A DNA stretch of 64,000 bases, from the NCBI GenBank assembly GCA_043228905.1, contig JBHGNT010000013.1, positions 11,036,001-11,100,000 on the forward strand, given 5' to 3'. This DNA is from Azolla caroliniana. Its lineage: Eukaryota; Plantae; Polypodiophyta. The notes below the pieces were generated by a model, which was not told the origin of the DNA, did no database searches, and saw only the letters and a list, made by a program, of their open reading frames with translations. Numbering within the stretch: position 1 is the first letter of the stretch; each line of letters begins with the position of its first letter. The position numbers and the translations under genes are program-made. This document shows positions 1 through 12,130 of the stretch, piece by piece.

Positions 1-714
1 CTTCTCGGTTGTAGTCTCTCGAGCCCTCAGTTGATGGTCTTCCAATCCGGTTCTCGGTTTCGGAATCGGTTCCGAAACCCTCTTTTCCTCATCGGCAAGC
101 CATTGCCCCCTCTTCGTGTATCGCGCGACGATATCCCGCACGCTTTCCCATGTTTCGGTGAGGCCGCTCTCCGTGGTCGTGTCCTCCAAGAGCACTCCGA
201 GATCTTTCCGGTCCCGGACGTCCACGGCTCGCAAGAACATGATCACCTTGTCCGGTACGAGGATAGCTTGATCTCTCGCGGACAACCTCCCGAACCGGCT
301 TTCGAATGCCGAAAACACATCAACAACCTTCAATCCCTTGTCCGGCGTCTCCACCCAATCTTCGAGTCCCCTTCGCGTCGCCTTGGAGGAATCCTCGATG
401 GCGAACGTCCTCTTTAGCTCTACTTCAAACGCCTCCCATGTCGGATTTTGCTGTCGTAGCCCATGGATGCTTGCTTGAAGCCCATCGGTCGCCACCCGGT
501 TGAAGGACGTCACTTGCAGTCCTTCCGATATTCCGCACCGTAGCATCTCCGCCTTGTAATCCCGAAGATACCGCGACACGTCTTTCCCGTTGAATTGCCC
601 GTTTCGTTGCACGAGCCGCTCCACTGAGGCCGCTATCTCCGACATCGCGCGTTGTTCTTGTAGAGTGCGCTCGAACATCATCATCATGTTCATCGCTTCT
701 TGTTGATTCTCCAT
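1..714 (-). CDS. gag: Gag-like ORF of a Trp-PBS LTR retrotransposon (runs off the left edge of the window)
   Basis: Hand translation from the ATG at 714: MENQQEAMNMMMFERTLQEQRAMSEIAASVERLVQRNGQFNGKDVSRYLRDYKAEMLRCG...PTWEAFEVELKRTF..., with no stop seen. The F-x-G-K-D-V...W-x-x-F pattern is Gypsy capsid-like, and the ORF starts just downstream of a PBS and LTR. Confidence 0.8.
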   Translation of the reverse strand, partial: MENQQEAMNMMMMFERTLQEQRAMSEIAASVERLVQRNGQFNGKDVSRYLRDYKAEMLRCGISEGLQVTSFNRVATDGLQASIHGLRQQNPTWEAFEVELKRTFAIEDSSKATRRGLEDWVETPDKGLKVVDVFSAFESRFGRLSARDQAILVPDKVIMFLRAVDVRDRKDLGVLLEDTTTESGLTETWESVRDIVARYTKRGQWLADEEKRVSEPIPKPRTGLEDHQLRARETTTEK

Positions 715-730
715 CTCCTTACCACCCGCC

Positions 731-748
731 TTCACGTCGGGTTCACCA
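731..748 (-). promoter_or_regulatory. Primer-binding site, tRNA-Trp
   Basis: The + strand reads TTCACGTCGGGTTCACCA, matching the recalled 3' 18 nt of plant cytosolic tRNA-Trp(CCA) including CCA. It lies 2 nt from the LTR end. Confidence 0.88.
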
Positions 749-750
749 AC

Positions 751-1281
751 TGTGTCGAGCCCTTCCGCTCCGGATCGTTGCGTGAGTCGGGTGGGAACCG
801 CTGAGGTTTTGGACTAGGAGGAAGAGGAATACAACTTAAGGCTAGTTATGAATAATATGAAGAGAAGTAAGATAGTAATCTCGTGAATCCCACGAGTTTA
901 GTGTATTTTAAAACAATATTTAGATTATAAGAGTAATTTTGATGGCAAAATTCGTGAATCCCACGAATATATTAGATTGATCAATCCTTGTATATTAATC
1001 AACAACCATATACATATTTTTCTCCTCCTTATATAAAGATGGAAGAGGCTAAGCATGGCTTCATGCTTTCTCACCTAAAGTGCCCATGCACACTAAATGT
1101 GCATGTGATGTTTTGTCATTTCCTAAATATAGGGCTCGTGCACGCTAGATGTGCATGAGTCACTTTTAATGTCACGTGTAAATAAAATATTCACACTCTA
1201 AAGAATACATGATTTTTACCTTTTAATAAAGGTATGTGTAAATAAAGGTCTTATACGTATTAAATCTATATTTATAACACT
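751..1281 (-). mobile_element. 5' LTR of the Trp-PBS element
   Basis: Minus strand TGTTATAAAT...CTCGACACA, directly followed by the PBS. The partner LTR is outside the window, so the 1281 boundary rests on the TG terminus only. Confidence 0.72.
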
Positions 1282-1458
1282 AAAGATAAGTTATTACAAT
1301 CATAAAGTTGGGGTTTATCTACGTGGAGGTGCATGGTTCGAATCTTGCCCTATGCACGTGATAAATTCTTTTGATATATTATTTATTTATCTATATGTAT
1401 CTAAAATCGGATATATTATTTTATGGTTTTCACGTAGTGTGTGGAATACACTACGACA
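1282..1458. mobile_element. Probable LTR fragment of another element, cut by the Trp-PBS element
   Basis: Ends in ...CACTACGACA at 1458, exactly where the Gag-like coding sequence to the right breaks off. AT-rich, with a GGTTCGAATC motif and a CGTAGTGT/ACACTACG hairpin. Confidence 0.5.
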
Positions 1459-3348
1459 ACGGTGTTCTCCTTTTGCCGCTGTAAGTCTGTGACATTCTGC
1501 TCGTTTGCTTTCTTCACCCATTCCATCGCTTGCTTCCGGATGGTCTCCTGCGTCTCCCATTCCTTGGCCATGCCCTTCGACCTTGTGGTCACCTGCTGCA
1601 GATCTGCCACCTCAGGGACTACCATATTTACTGCCGGTCGTTTTTCATAGTTTTTCACTGGGCATTGATTACTATAATGGCCTTCCTGTCGGCAGTAGTA
1701 GCAGTAGGCTTTTCAGGTATTGCTGGATTCGGCATTGTCTGTTGTACCCGAGGCAGGTCCTGTGGTAAGCGCGGGGTTTTGGGCCGGTTGGCTGCTTGAA
1801 GCTCCTTGTTCCGGATCCCGTGGGTAGCCGCCTTATTTGAAATGCCGTTTTTTGTTATAGTTCTTCTTATTGCGGTACTCTTGACGAGGTTGTTCGTTAT
1901 ATCTGCCGTATTCCTCCCGTTGCTGCAGATACCCGGGGGAGTGCTCCCGGTCGTAATGTTCGTATCGTCTATTGTAATCCCGGTACTGATCATATCTATC
2001 ATGCCGGTCATAGTTATCCCGCCGATCACCGTACCGGACATCATTCTCCCGTCGATCGCCGTACCGAACATCCTGTGCCGATCGGTCGCGGTCCATTCGC
2101 CGCCAGCGTTTCTCTTCTTCATCCCGGCTGCTGCGTGGCTCTATTTGTCGGACGGGCGGTGCTTGCCGGTTCAATAGATTATACTCGCACCTATCCGTCG
2201 TATGGCCCTTGGATTGACAGATTACACATTGTGTCCTCATAGTGCATTCTAGTGCCGAGTGTCCAGAATTCAAGCAGGTTGTGCACTGTATTGCTTGCCG
2301 AAACCGGAGGTCTTCATTGGACGGTAACGCCCGTTGGAATGCTCCCAGTGTGAGCCAAGAGCTTGTCTTTTCCATCTCTCTCACCCGGTCAATGACCTGG
2401 TCGATGGTACTTGTGCGGAAGTCCATTACCGTGCAAACCGTGCGTAGGGGTTCCCGGAGCGCATTTAGGAATATAGTCCGTAATTCCTCCTTCGGGGGTG
2501 CGCGGGCAAGCTGACTATGCATCCGTTGAAACCGGATGAAAAACTGGGGAATGCTCTCCCCTGCCTCCTGTCGGATGGTATAAAATAAGCCCACCATTAC
2601 TGTCTGGTCCACCTCCTTTTGGAAAAAATGCGAGAATTTATCTTTTAAATCTGCAAAGGTGTTGATGGTAGACGGGTCCTACGTCCGGCGCCATCTTGTT
2701 GCCGGTCCCTCCAATGTGACGCCAAATTCCGCTATCTTAGAGCGTTCCTCTTCCTCCGGGGTCAATCGTTGGGACACATGGTTTGCTTCCCATGTCTGTT
2801 CAAAGGCGTGAACATGAGCTTCCGCGTCCGGATCATCTCTATACTTGGAGTACTGGAACGGCATGTCGTCGTCCGGTATCGGTGCGTGGGCTGGCGGTGT
2901 TGGTGGTCGTTCCTGGTTTTTCTCCGGCGTCGGTGGTCTTTCCTAGTTTGTTTCCGGCGTCGGTGGTCTTTCCTCTTCTTTTGGTGACGGAGGCCTCTCT
3001 TCTTCGACTTCTGGTGTCGGAGGTCGCTCTTCCTCTGCTGGTTCCGGAGGTTCCAGCCTTAGCACTTCCGGTTCCGGTGTCGGTAAGGTGTTTGATCCTT
3101 CGTCCTCCGGTCCGCCCGGGGTTTAGTTGCTGCTATGGTAGTTCGTGTGCACGTTGTATTCCCCTTCGGAATCCGATTCATACGCTGAAAAGGCTTCTGC
3201 TTCGCCTTCTCCATTTGCCAACGCCTAGAGAAGGGATTCGGTTTCCCGGAGGCTACTTAGGCTGCTGCCGTCGTCCGGGTGCGATGTTTGCTGTAACTAG
3301 AGGGAGTCCTCCGCTACTCTCCGGATTACGTTGGAAAACGAGCGATCC
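1459..3348 (-). pseudogene. gag: Gag pseudogene of the Arg-PBS element (5' part at 10372-10475)
   Basis: Capsid motifs (DPDAEAHVHAFEQTW; IRQEAGESIPQFFIRF) and three CCHC knuckles (CTTCLNSGHSALEC, CVICQSKGHTTDRC, CYYCRQEGHYSNQC). Several in-frame TAG/TAA stops. Confidence 0.8.
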
Positions 3349-3803
3349 TATTATAGATCATAGTACTAATGTAAGCTTAAGATAAGGATAATGAAAAGAT
3401 AGATAGAAAGGAGAAAGAGAAAGAAGGGTGCCGATCCACCCGACCACCCCCGAGCGAAGGGATCGAGACGGACTCGAGCCTCGATCGGCGTCCCATACCA
3501 CCGCCGTGGCGTCGAGTCGTACCTGGTGCTGGCGCGCTCGCTACAAGAGTTGACCCACCACACGAGCAGAGTCTCGATGTAGTCAAAAGATAATCAAATG
3601 AGGGTAGCTAGGCCTCTTATTTATAGCGAAACCCAAGGCCCCCAGGCAAGTTCACACTTGACCTAATGGGTTGTCTCAATCCCGAGGATTAAAAGTAATC
3701 CTCCCCTTCTTTACACTCTCATTTAACCCTCACACTTATCCACGTGTATAGAATACTACGGTAAATTCTTACCACGGGATATTATATGGTCATGCTCGTA
3801 ACA
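3349..3803 (-). repeat. 3' LTR of the chromovirus
   Basis: Direct repeat of 9912-10366; minus-strand termini TGTTACG...TATAATA. Confidence 0.95.
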
Positions 3804-6800
3804 TACTCCCCCTCTTTAAAACATTGCACTCTTGCAATGGAAAGTTAGGGAAGTTAGTTCTAAGAGTAGTTTCGCGTTCCCATGTGGCATCTTTTATTGA
3901 TTTATCCAGCCATTTTATTTTAAATTCTCGGATTTCTTTAGTACGTAATTTTTTTGTTTTAACATTGAGAATTCTTTCTGGTAGATGTGGTTTAGAAGAT
4001 AATTCTTCAGAAGTAACCAGAGTTTCAGTCGTAACTGTATTGTCGCCAGAACCTAGAAGTTCTTTTAGACGACTCACATGAAAGACTGGATGAATTCCGA
4101 CACCATCGGGAAGAGCGAGACGATAGGCTGATGACCCAATGCGTTTGAGGACTGTAAAAGGTCCACAAAACCGTGGGGCTAACTTAGCGCACTTACCCGT
4201 AGACAATGTCTTGGAATTGTGAGGTACACGTAAAAATACCTTCTGTCCAGGGTTGAATACACGAGGTTGCCTATGATGATCGGCATAAAAACGCGCTCTA
4301 TCTTGAGCTGTTTTTATATTATCTCGTGCAATATGCAACATATCTTGCATATCCCGAAGGAAGTTTTGCGTACTTCGCAACTCATCATGATGTATAGTAA
4401 CATCAATCGGGGCTCGTGGCTGAAAACCATACATCAACATAAAAGGACTATATCCCGTCGACGTATGCTTGGAGCTGTTATAAGCAAACTCCAAAATTGG
4501 GAGATAACGTTCCCATTTTGTTGGTTTTGCACCAACGTATGCTCGAAGCATGTCCTCAATAATTTGATTTACTCGTTCTGTCTGTCCATCGGATTGAGGA
4601 TGATCCGTGGAGCTCATGCTCAACGTAGTTTCTAACTTCTTAAAGACTTGTGTCCAGAAGTCACTAGTAAACTTTGGATCTCGATCACTCACGATATCCA
4701 TCGGTAACCCATAAAAACGAAACAATTCGTCAACGAATTGGTAAGCCAATTCAGGAGCTGTTACCGTGGTTTTAGTAGCAATAAATCTGGCCATTTTAGT
4801 TAGTCGATCAACGACAACCCAGATGGCATCATGACCTTTTTGGGTGCGAGGAAGGCTAACAATAAAATCCATGGATATACTTTCCCACTTATTATTGGGA
4901 ATGTCCAAGGGATGTAAAAGTCCTGCAGCTTTAAGTCGCTCGGCTTTGTTAACCTGACACTGGTGACATTTAGTCACATAGCTATGTATGTCAGGACGCA
5001 TCTTAGGCCAATAAAATTGAGTGGAGATGAGAACGAGTGTACGATGTATTCCAGGGTGCCCTGCTGAGGGTGCATCATGGCATTCAAAAAGAATCCTCTT
5101 TTTGACCTCGGGTAAATCTGGAACACAAACCTTCCCATTACGGTAGAGCAAATCGTTAGCAATGTGGAAGTATTCCTTCGAGGATGTGGTGGTGTCTGTT
5201 CCAGACTCAACTCTAGCCCAGTATTTTGCGAAATAACTGTCATCAGGATACTTTCCTCGAAGGTGATCATAAAGATCTGATGATATTTCAGTGAAGCTAA
5301 GCGTGTTAACTTCACGGATGCGACTTAGTGCATCAGCGACAATGTTCATGGAACCTTTACGATATCGTATGGAAAAATCAAAGTCCTGGATGAGATCAGC
5401 CCATCGTGCCTTACGACCTTTCAGGTCTTGTTGGTCACAAAAATATTTCAAGGACTCGTGGTCCGTAGTTACCACAAAGTGATTTCCATAAAGATAATGG
5501 CGCCATGTTTTGAGCGCATGTATAACTGCAAATAATTCCTTTTCTTGAACGGTATACCGACATTGAGCAGAATCAAGTTTCTTACTCTCGAATGCTATTG
5601 GTTTACCATCTTGATACAAGACAGCACCTATAGCATAATCGCTTGCATCGGTTTCAACCTCAAAAGGTTTTGAAGGATCAGGTAAAAGAAGTGAAGGAGC
5701 CTTGCAAACTAGGTCCTTGAGTTCCTTAAATGCAAGGTCTAGTGTAGCATTCCACACAATAGGTTTTGTAGACTTACGCGTTTGACCTTTTAAAAGATCA
5801 GTAAACGGCATCGTCAATTGGGAGTAATTACGAAGAGACTTTCGCAAAAACCCCACAAAACCAAGGAATGATCGAACTTCTCGAATATTCCGAAGAGTGG
5901 GCCAAAGCTTGATTTTCTCAATGCGAGAAGGATCAATTTCAACTCCTCGTTCGGTTATGAGATGTCCTAGATAAGTAATTGATTTCTTGAAGAACTCACA
6001 TTTTGAGATCTTCGCATAAAACTGTTTGTCACGCAATGTTTGTAAAACAAAGCGGACATGTCTAGCATGTTCTTGTAATGTACGGCTATAAACTAAAATA
6101 TCATCCAAGAAAATAACGACAAATTTTCCAAGTTGTTCTCGGAAAATGTCATTCATTTCTTGTTGAAAAGTAGCCGGAGCATTGGTCAAACCAAAAGGCA
6201 TAACCAAAAACTCGTAATGGCCATAGCGCGTACGAAATGCCGTTTTAGGAACATCGTCCTCACTTATTCGTATTTGATGGTAGCCAGTACGGAGATCAAG
6301 TTTCGTAAAATACCGAGCTCCCTGGAGACGGTCAATTAGATCGTCAGCCCGGGGCAATGGATACGAATTCTTGATCGTCACTTTATTCAAGCGTCGGTAA
6401 TTAATACACATACGCCATGTGCCCTCTTTCTTTTTAACCAAGAGAACTGGTGCACCCCATGGAGATTTACTATAACGTATATAACCCATTCGTAAATAGT
6501 CCCTGAGTTGCTTAGATACCTCATCTTCTTCGGATCGACTTAAGCGATACGGAGGTATACTTATTGGTGCAACACCAGGTACAATATCTATACGATGGTC
6601 TATATTACGTTTAGGAGGTAACCCATCAGGTAGTTCACTTGGAAAAACATCATGAAAATCATTTAAGATTTCATCAAGTTGTTGTTGTTCAAAATATGTT
6701 AATTGAATCGGGACATTATCGATATTGTAAACGTGAATGTCCGGATCAAGTACACAATAAAATAACGTAGAACAAGACAACTCGGATATTGATGGACACG

Positions 6801-8223
6801 AGGAAACAATCGAGAGGGATTGTTTTTTTACACATTGAATAAAATGCGTACAATCGTTCAGTACAAAAGAAATGGAATGACGAACCCAATCAATAAATAA
6901 AGAAGAGTTTTTATTATAAAACCAGGGATAACCCAGTATTACATCGGTGGTACAAAGATTCATTACATGGAAGTCTACTTCCGCTATATAAGTATCAATA
7001 GAAATTCCTAATGAATGAATCGCCCCGTTGATGTATTGTACTCTTCCATCAGCCAAGTGCACCGTGTAGGTGTGATCACTTACGGTGGGTTGGATTCCCC
7101 ATATCTGAACCAAACGATCATTCACAAAATTGTGTGAGCTTCCCGAATCAAATAAAAACTGTACGGGAGATCCATTGATATACCCGTTTGCACGTAGTAA
7201 ATCATTGGGACCCAATACATAGTGAGGGAAAGAACATTGACAATTACTTAAATGATGTGTATAGACCTGAAGGACATTAGGAATCTGACCTTTATGGTCT
7301 GCAGCTTTAGCTTTGTTGTCGTGCTCTTTCCGTTGGAGCTTTCGACATTGATCTTTTGTATGACCCTTCTTTTTGCAGAATACACAAAAAGGATGTTGTC
7401 GCTTACAATCGCGATCCAGGAATTCGTTGGGTGTCTTGCGTTTCCCAACAAATTGCGACTGCTTAGTCCCGGGCGCTTCGTTGGGTTTGTTATGGTCCTT
7501 CTTCGAAGTGCGTTGATAGCGAAGAACTATTTCAACGGCCTCTTCGAAGGATTTTGGATCCTTATCGTGCACTATCCAGTGATAGTCCGAATTGGGGATG
7601 CCATTGACAAAACAAGCTATCAACCAATTGTCCCCTTCTAGACCCGATTTTTGGATTTGGGCTCTAGCATGGTGGACATAGTCTTCTAGCGAGGAAAACT
7701 TCCTGCTAGAGAGGTTCATTAAGGCTTGTGCTGCCTCGGTTCGAGAGGGAGGTTGCAGAAATTGGCCCTTAAAAACCGTGACAAAATCTGTCCAGGTATC
7801 GGGCAATTTCCCCATAGTACGGAGGCCACGCCACCAGGCGGCGGCCTTACCCCCGAGTTCTCGGCCGACATATGCAATCTTCGTACTATCTGGCGTGGGA
7901 TAGAGCTCAAAATGAGACTCCCATCGTCCCAGCCATGTGCAGATTGCTTCTTCGGTTCTTTCCTTTTTGTCTCCCGTAAATGGCTTAACGACAAATGATG
8001 GTTCACCTTGTCGCTCATCAGGTCTATTAGTCTCACGTTGTAGACTAATGACACGTGCCTCAAGAGCACTCTGAGATTGCCGAAGTTCGGTCATCTGTTG
8101 AGCGGTGAAACTAAGGAATTGGGTTATTTGTGCCAAATACATCTCAGTGGACATTTGTCCAGGAGGATTCCCTTGAGTTCCTTCCGCTTGAGCGGATGAC
8201 ATCGGGTCGTTAATTTGAGCCAT
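3790..8223 (-). CDS. gag-pol: Single-ORF Gag-Pol polyprotein (Gag, CCHC, protease, RT, RNase H, integrase, chromodomain), 1477 aa
   Basis: [14 protein letters not shown]; [10 protein letters not shown]; [25 protein letters not shown] and IFLDDIL; [10 protein letters not shown]; integrase HHCC with SMDF/SDRD/QTER; GPF; chromodomain ERILNVK...FKIKW...DATWE. Confidence 0.96.
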   Translation of the reverse strand: MAQINDPMSSAQAEGTQGNPPGQMSTEMYLAQITQFLSFTAQQMTELRQSQSALEARVISLQRETNRPDERQGEPSFVVKPFTGDKKERTEEAICTWLGRWESHFELYPTPDSTKIAYVGRELGGKAAAWWRGLRTMGKLPDTWTDFVTVFKGQFLQPPSRTEAAQALMNLSSRKFSSLEDYVHHARAQIQKSGLEGDNWLIACFVNGIPNSDYHWIVHDKDPKSFEEAVEIVLRYQRTSKKDHNKPNEAPGTKQSQFVGKRKTPNEFLDRDCKRQHPFCVFCKKKGHTKDQCRKLQRKEHDNKAKAADHKGQIPNVLQVYTHHLSNCQCSFPHYVLGPNDLLRANGYINGSPVQFLFDSGSSHNFVNDRLVQIWGIQPTVSDHTYTVHLADGRVQYINGAIHSLGISIDTYIAEVDFHVMNLCTTDVILGYPWFYNKNSSLFIDWVRHSISFVLNDCTHFIQCVKKQSLSIVSSCPSISELSCSTLFYCVLDPDIHVYNIDNVPIQLTYFEQQQLDEILNDFHDVFPSELPDGLPPKRNIDHRIDIVPGVAPISIPPYRLSRSEEDEVSKQLRDYLRMGYIRYSKSPWGAPVLLVKKKEGTWRMCINYRRLNKVTIKNSYPLPRADDLIDRLQGARYFTKLDLRTGYHQIRISEDDVPKTAFRTRYGHYEFLVMPFGLTNAPATFQQEMNDIFREQLGKFVVIFLDDILVYSRTLQEHARHVRFVLQTLRDKQFYAKISKCEFFKKSITYLGHLITERGVEIDPSRIEKIKLWPTLRNIREVRSFLGFVGFLRKSLRNYSQLTMPFTDLLKGQTRKSTKPIVWNATLDLAFKELKDLVCKAPSLLLPDPSKPFEVETDASDYAIGAVLYQDGKPIAFESKKLDSAQCRYTVQEKELFAVIHALKTWRHYLYGNHFVVTTDHESLKYFCDQQDLKGRKARWADLIQDFDFSIRYRKGSMNIVADALSRIREVNTLSFTEISSDLYDHLRGKYPDDSYFAKYWARVESGTDTTTSSKEYFHIANDLLYRNGKVCVPDLPEVKKRILFECHDAPSAGHPGIHRTLVLISTQFYWPKMRPDIHSYVTKCHQCQVNKAERLKAAGLLHPLDIPNNKWESISMDFIVSLPRTQKGHDAIWVVVDRLTKMARFIATKTTVTAPELAYQFVDELFRFYGLPMDIVSDRDPKFTSDFWTQVFKKLETTLSMSSTDHPQSDGQTERVNQIIEDMLRAYVGAKPTKWERYLPILEFAYNSSKHTSTGYSPFMLMYGFQPRAPIDVTIHHDELRSTQNFLRDMQDMLHIARDNIKTAQDRARFYADHHRQPRVFNPGQKVFLRVPHNSKTLSTGKCAKLAPRFCGPFTVLKRIGSSAYRLALPDGVGIHPVFHVSRLKELLGSGDNTVTTETLVTSEELSSKPHLPERILNVKTKKLRTKEIREFKIKWLDKSIKDATWERETTLRTNFPNFPLQECNVLKRGSMLRA

Positions 8224-9400
8224 TAAAGATTATTTCTGGAAAAGAAATAGGATAAGGTCAGAGATATAGTCATAACATCATGTCGTGATGTAAACATATC
8301 ATGGGCGAGCATTAATCGATATCATTATCTCACGTCAATACCCCTCTAGACGTATGAGATGAGGTTCAAGATCAGGTTACTATGGTAACACAAAGGTGTT
8401 TTAAAAACCATGGGGGTGACAAATAAATGTCTTTCCCTGATCTCTATATCAATTTTTTCATGGTGGCTCCCCGAGGCTCAACCATGTATGTTCGCGTCAT
8501 GAATAGTTTATACACGAAAAAAAATGTTAACAATAAACTATGTTTCGGTGCCCACATAAGTGGTTTCGGCTCTTTAAGTCCTATTACGAGGACCCCGAGG
8601 TGCACTTAGACCTTAAGTCTAAACATGTGTTATAGTCATATGTATCAAGGATGTTGTATGGTCTTGGTCATATTTGAACTCGAGACCTCGAGAACAAATA
8701 CATTAAACACTTGAGCCAACCAAGTAAGTTGCTCTTCTCGAATGCTTAATGTTTGATGCGTATAAGAGATATGCGAGGCAATTGATCATATATGTTTTTT
8801 AAAAGAACATATATGTCAAGGTCCTTATTTCGCCCTCATTTAACAAAACTATGTTGATACGTTACCTAACCTCAAGTCTCGTAATTACGATGGCATACGC
8901 CAAAGTGCAACCTAATGGTGAAGCCAAATGAGCCCTTGTTTCGTAGTAGGCTCACGTGGGCCATCACATGGTCACGTCATTACGAATGCCTCTCGTAAGA
9001 ACGAGCTCATGGTGGCATCGTATCCATGTAACGAGGGAGGGATGTTGGATACGCGCGTCATTGGAGCGACCTCACTTGAAGTGGGTCAAGCCCTACGTAC
9101 TCAACATCATTTTGGCTATCGGCGTTTCTTTACGTAACGAAATCGAGGTCATCAACGGGGTTATCAACAATAAAAAAATGTTGAAAAAGGGATGGTGACA
9201 ACGCCATTCTCACAAAAATGTGAGGACGGCCACCAACATCCTTTTCCCGATCATGACAACTTTCGATATAATCACGTAATAACGAATATACACATATGTT
9301 TACTTATCACATATATACGATCAAATACGTATATATGTGACCACATATGCCTATATTCAACATATCGTTATAGAAAATAGCCACAAATGATGTGATCGAG

Positions 9401-9660
9401 ATACGTAATCGAGGTATATACCTCTACGCACACGAAACATCCACAAATAAGAGATCATCGTAATACGCAATGGAGGTATTGACCTCTTACGCATACGAGA
9501 CCAAACGCATATCGTTTACAACAAATCAAGGTATTAAACTCATACGCAAACGTAACATATGTTCGTGAACGTAATACGTAATTGAGGTATTAACCTCGTA
9601 CGCATACGACACTCATCACATATTATTAACATGTCAAACGAGGTATTGACCTCGTGCACA
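9401..9660. repeat. Five degenerate ~56-bp units, each centred on a GAGGT-N4-ACCTC hairpin, in the chromovirus leader
   Basis: Cores at about 9411, 9473, 9528 (degenerate), 9584 and 9640; four are followed by TACGCA. Confidence 0.7.
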
Positions 9661-9911
9661 TATGTAAACGTTTTAGATAATCAATTAAAGACCACTACAA
9701 CATCATTGACTTAATGAAAAAAAAATTACATATAAACTAAACACATGATTAGATGGGAGAAGAGAGAATAGAAAGAAAAATATGGAAAGAGTTACCGAAG
9801 TTCTTTGTTGATCGTTGTCTGGATCAAGGCCAACCGCACAATGATCGATCAGCATCAATCAAAAGACAAATGAAAAACAAAGAAACATTAGTAAAAAAAT
9901 CTGATACCAAA

Positions 9912-10366
9912 TATTATAGATCATAGTACTAATGTAAGCTTAAGATAAGGATAATGAAAAGATAGATAGAAAGGAGAAAGAGAAAGAAGGGTGCCGATCC
10001 ACCCGACCACCCCCGAGCGAAGGGATCGAGACGGACTCGAGCCTCGATCGGCGTCCCATACCACCGCCGTGGCGTCGAGTCGTACCTGGTGCTGGCGCGC
10101 TCGCTACAAGAGTTGACCCACCACACGAGCAGAGTCTCGATGTAGTCAAAAGATAATCAAATGAGGGTAGCTAGGCCTCTTATTTATAGCGAAACCCAAG
10201 GCCCCCAGGCAAGTTCACACTTGACCTAATGGGTTGTCTCAATCCCGAGGATTAAAAGTAATCCTCCCCTTCTTTACACTCTCATTTAACCCTCACACTT
10301 ATCCACGTGTATAGAATACTACGGTAAATTCTTACCACGGGATATTATATGGTCATGCTCGTAACA
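9912..10366 (-). repeat. 5' LTR of the chromovirus
   Basis: Direct repeat of 3349-3803, followed on the minus strand by the iMet PBS. Confidence 0.95.
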
Positions 10367-10526
10367 GATCCGCTCTAATTTCCTGCGCCGCTTGCTGGAA
10401 AGCCTCACGTCTCCTTTGCCTTTCGGCAAGGCGTCGAGTTCGATCTGTAACCAGGTCGTGTGTTGATCTAGTCATCCATCCATGCCGTCGTTCGTTGCAA
10501 AAACAGGAATCGTGGTCGCCAAAAAC

Positions 10527-10961
10527 TGTGTTAACTCTTAGGGCCAGACAATGGCCTAACACAAGGTGTCTACGGAAGACACTTCACCAAAGGGGTGTTA
10601 TGGCAACAGGATTAGACTCAACGCTTAATCCGACTTAATTAGGTTACTTAGCAAGATCGTCCTTAATATTCACACGCGTAAGATATAACAATGAATGCAG
10701 AACGGCAATTAACACAGAGAGATAACAACACTAAGCTTTATTAATTAACCGCTTCTCATTACATCGTATCCGGGCCTTTAAATAGGTTTCCGGTCTGTAG
10801 TACAAAACGGTGCCATCCGCACCTGTTCGGGATCGGTCCGGATCCGGAACGGCATACCAATTCCGGTCCGTCCGTCCACACTCATAGCTTACTTACAACC
10901 ATTCCTACTAATTAAATAACTCCCCGTTTCACACTCTGGACTCCTTTGCCGGCCGGTAACA
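10527..10961 (-). repeat. 5' LTR of the Arg-PBS element
   Basis: TG...CA termini with an adjacent PBS. LINE coding sequence begins immediately after 10961. Confidence 0.72.
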
Positions 10962-12130
10962 TGTATAAACAACTTAAAGTGTCACGACTTAGTGGTACTA
11001 TTTCCTTAGTACAAGCTCGCAGGGAGATGCACAATATGACACGTCGTAAAAGAAGAGCTTGGAAAGCATCTCAATATTGGGAACTCTACCATATGCTCAT
11101 GACTAGGGATTGCGCCCTTGCATGGAAGAGACTACAGGAACCGCGACCACAAACACCCATTGAGGATCCCAATATTTTGGCAACATATATCGAGAGACTC
11201 TACCATGTCCCGAACCAACCACCCATTCCAATGCCTGCCACACCTCGACCTACCATAGGGACACTTTTCATGACCTCTAGGGTCACGAAGGTCATAAAAA
11301 AATTACAACATAGGAAATCCATGGACCACACAGGATTGTGAGCCGAGCACATCATATATGCTCGAGAGTGCCTAGCCCCCTTTCTCACTCTAATCTTCAA
11401 CCGTGCCCTCGCTGAGGGTTTTCCACCACAATGGACCATGAACACAGTGGCCCCTATACATAAAGGTGGGGATCCAATGGACCCAAATACATATAGGACC
11501 ATTATGATAGGTCATACGCTTGCTAAACTATATGGTGCAGTAATGGAAGTGGAGCTCAACGATTATATGGAAACATTAAGTCTTCAAGCATCTGAGAAGG
11601 CTGGCTTTAGACAAGCCTTCTCCACTATTGACCATATCTTCACACTTAGGTGCTTAATTGACTAGACGAAGGCTCGTAAGAAGAAACTATATTGTTGCTT
11701 TGTGGACTTCCACAAAGCCTTTGACACAGTTCCTAGGGAGAGGTTTTTTGATAGACATAAGAGCTTGGAGATACCAAATGACATTATCTAGGCCATTTAT
11801 GCCCTATATGAGCAAGTCTCTAGGTGCGTAAGATGCCCAAGTGGCCTATCTGATTGTTGATTGCTCATAAGGGAGGCTACATTAATGAGATCATTGACTC
11901 TTTTTGGGATCTACATTGATGAGATCACTGAATTTATTGCTCATAAGGGAGGCAAGGGAGTAACTATTAGGGATACGCAAGTTACTCTCTTACTCTATGC
12001 AGACGACATTGTCTTGGTCTTGGATTTGGAACATGACCTACAAAAGCATCTTAATGCCTTAGATCACTTTTGTACACAACGAGGACTGGTAGTGAATCTA
12101 GCGAAAACTAAAGTTCTTATCTTTCATACA

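Larger units (their letters stand above)
3349..10366 (-). mobile_element. Intact full-length chromovirus (Ty3/Gypsy, Reina/Tekay-like), recent insertion
   Basis: 455-bp LTRs (3349-3803 and 9912-10366) with no difference seen by eye. TSD GATCC (3344-3348 / 10367-10371). PBS TGGTATCAGA (9909-9900, tRNA-iMet). PPT AAAGAGGGGGAG next to the 3' LTR. Confidence 0.96.
1459..10961 (-). mobile_element. Decayed Ty3/Gypsy element (non-chromovirus-like, Arg PBS), interrupted at 3349-10371 and truncated at 1458
   Basis: LTR at 10527-10961 (minus TGTTACCGG...AACACA). PBS TGGCGACCAC at 10521-10512 lies 5 nt from the LTR. Gag starts at ATG 10475 and reads in frame across the GATCC TSD into 3343. Confidence 0.78.

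Noticed and set aside
731-748. tRNA-Trp gene
   Set aside because: Only the 3' 18 nt with CCA are present, adjacent to an LTR; this is a PBS.
8427-9380. Extra ORF in the chromovirus leader
   Set aside because: Only short antisense ORFs (60-80 aa) without motifs are present.
9401-9660. CRISPR array (palindromic repeats with variable spacers)
   Set aside because: The repeats are short and degenerate, lie inside a plant retrotransposon leader, and there are no cas genes.
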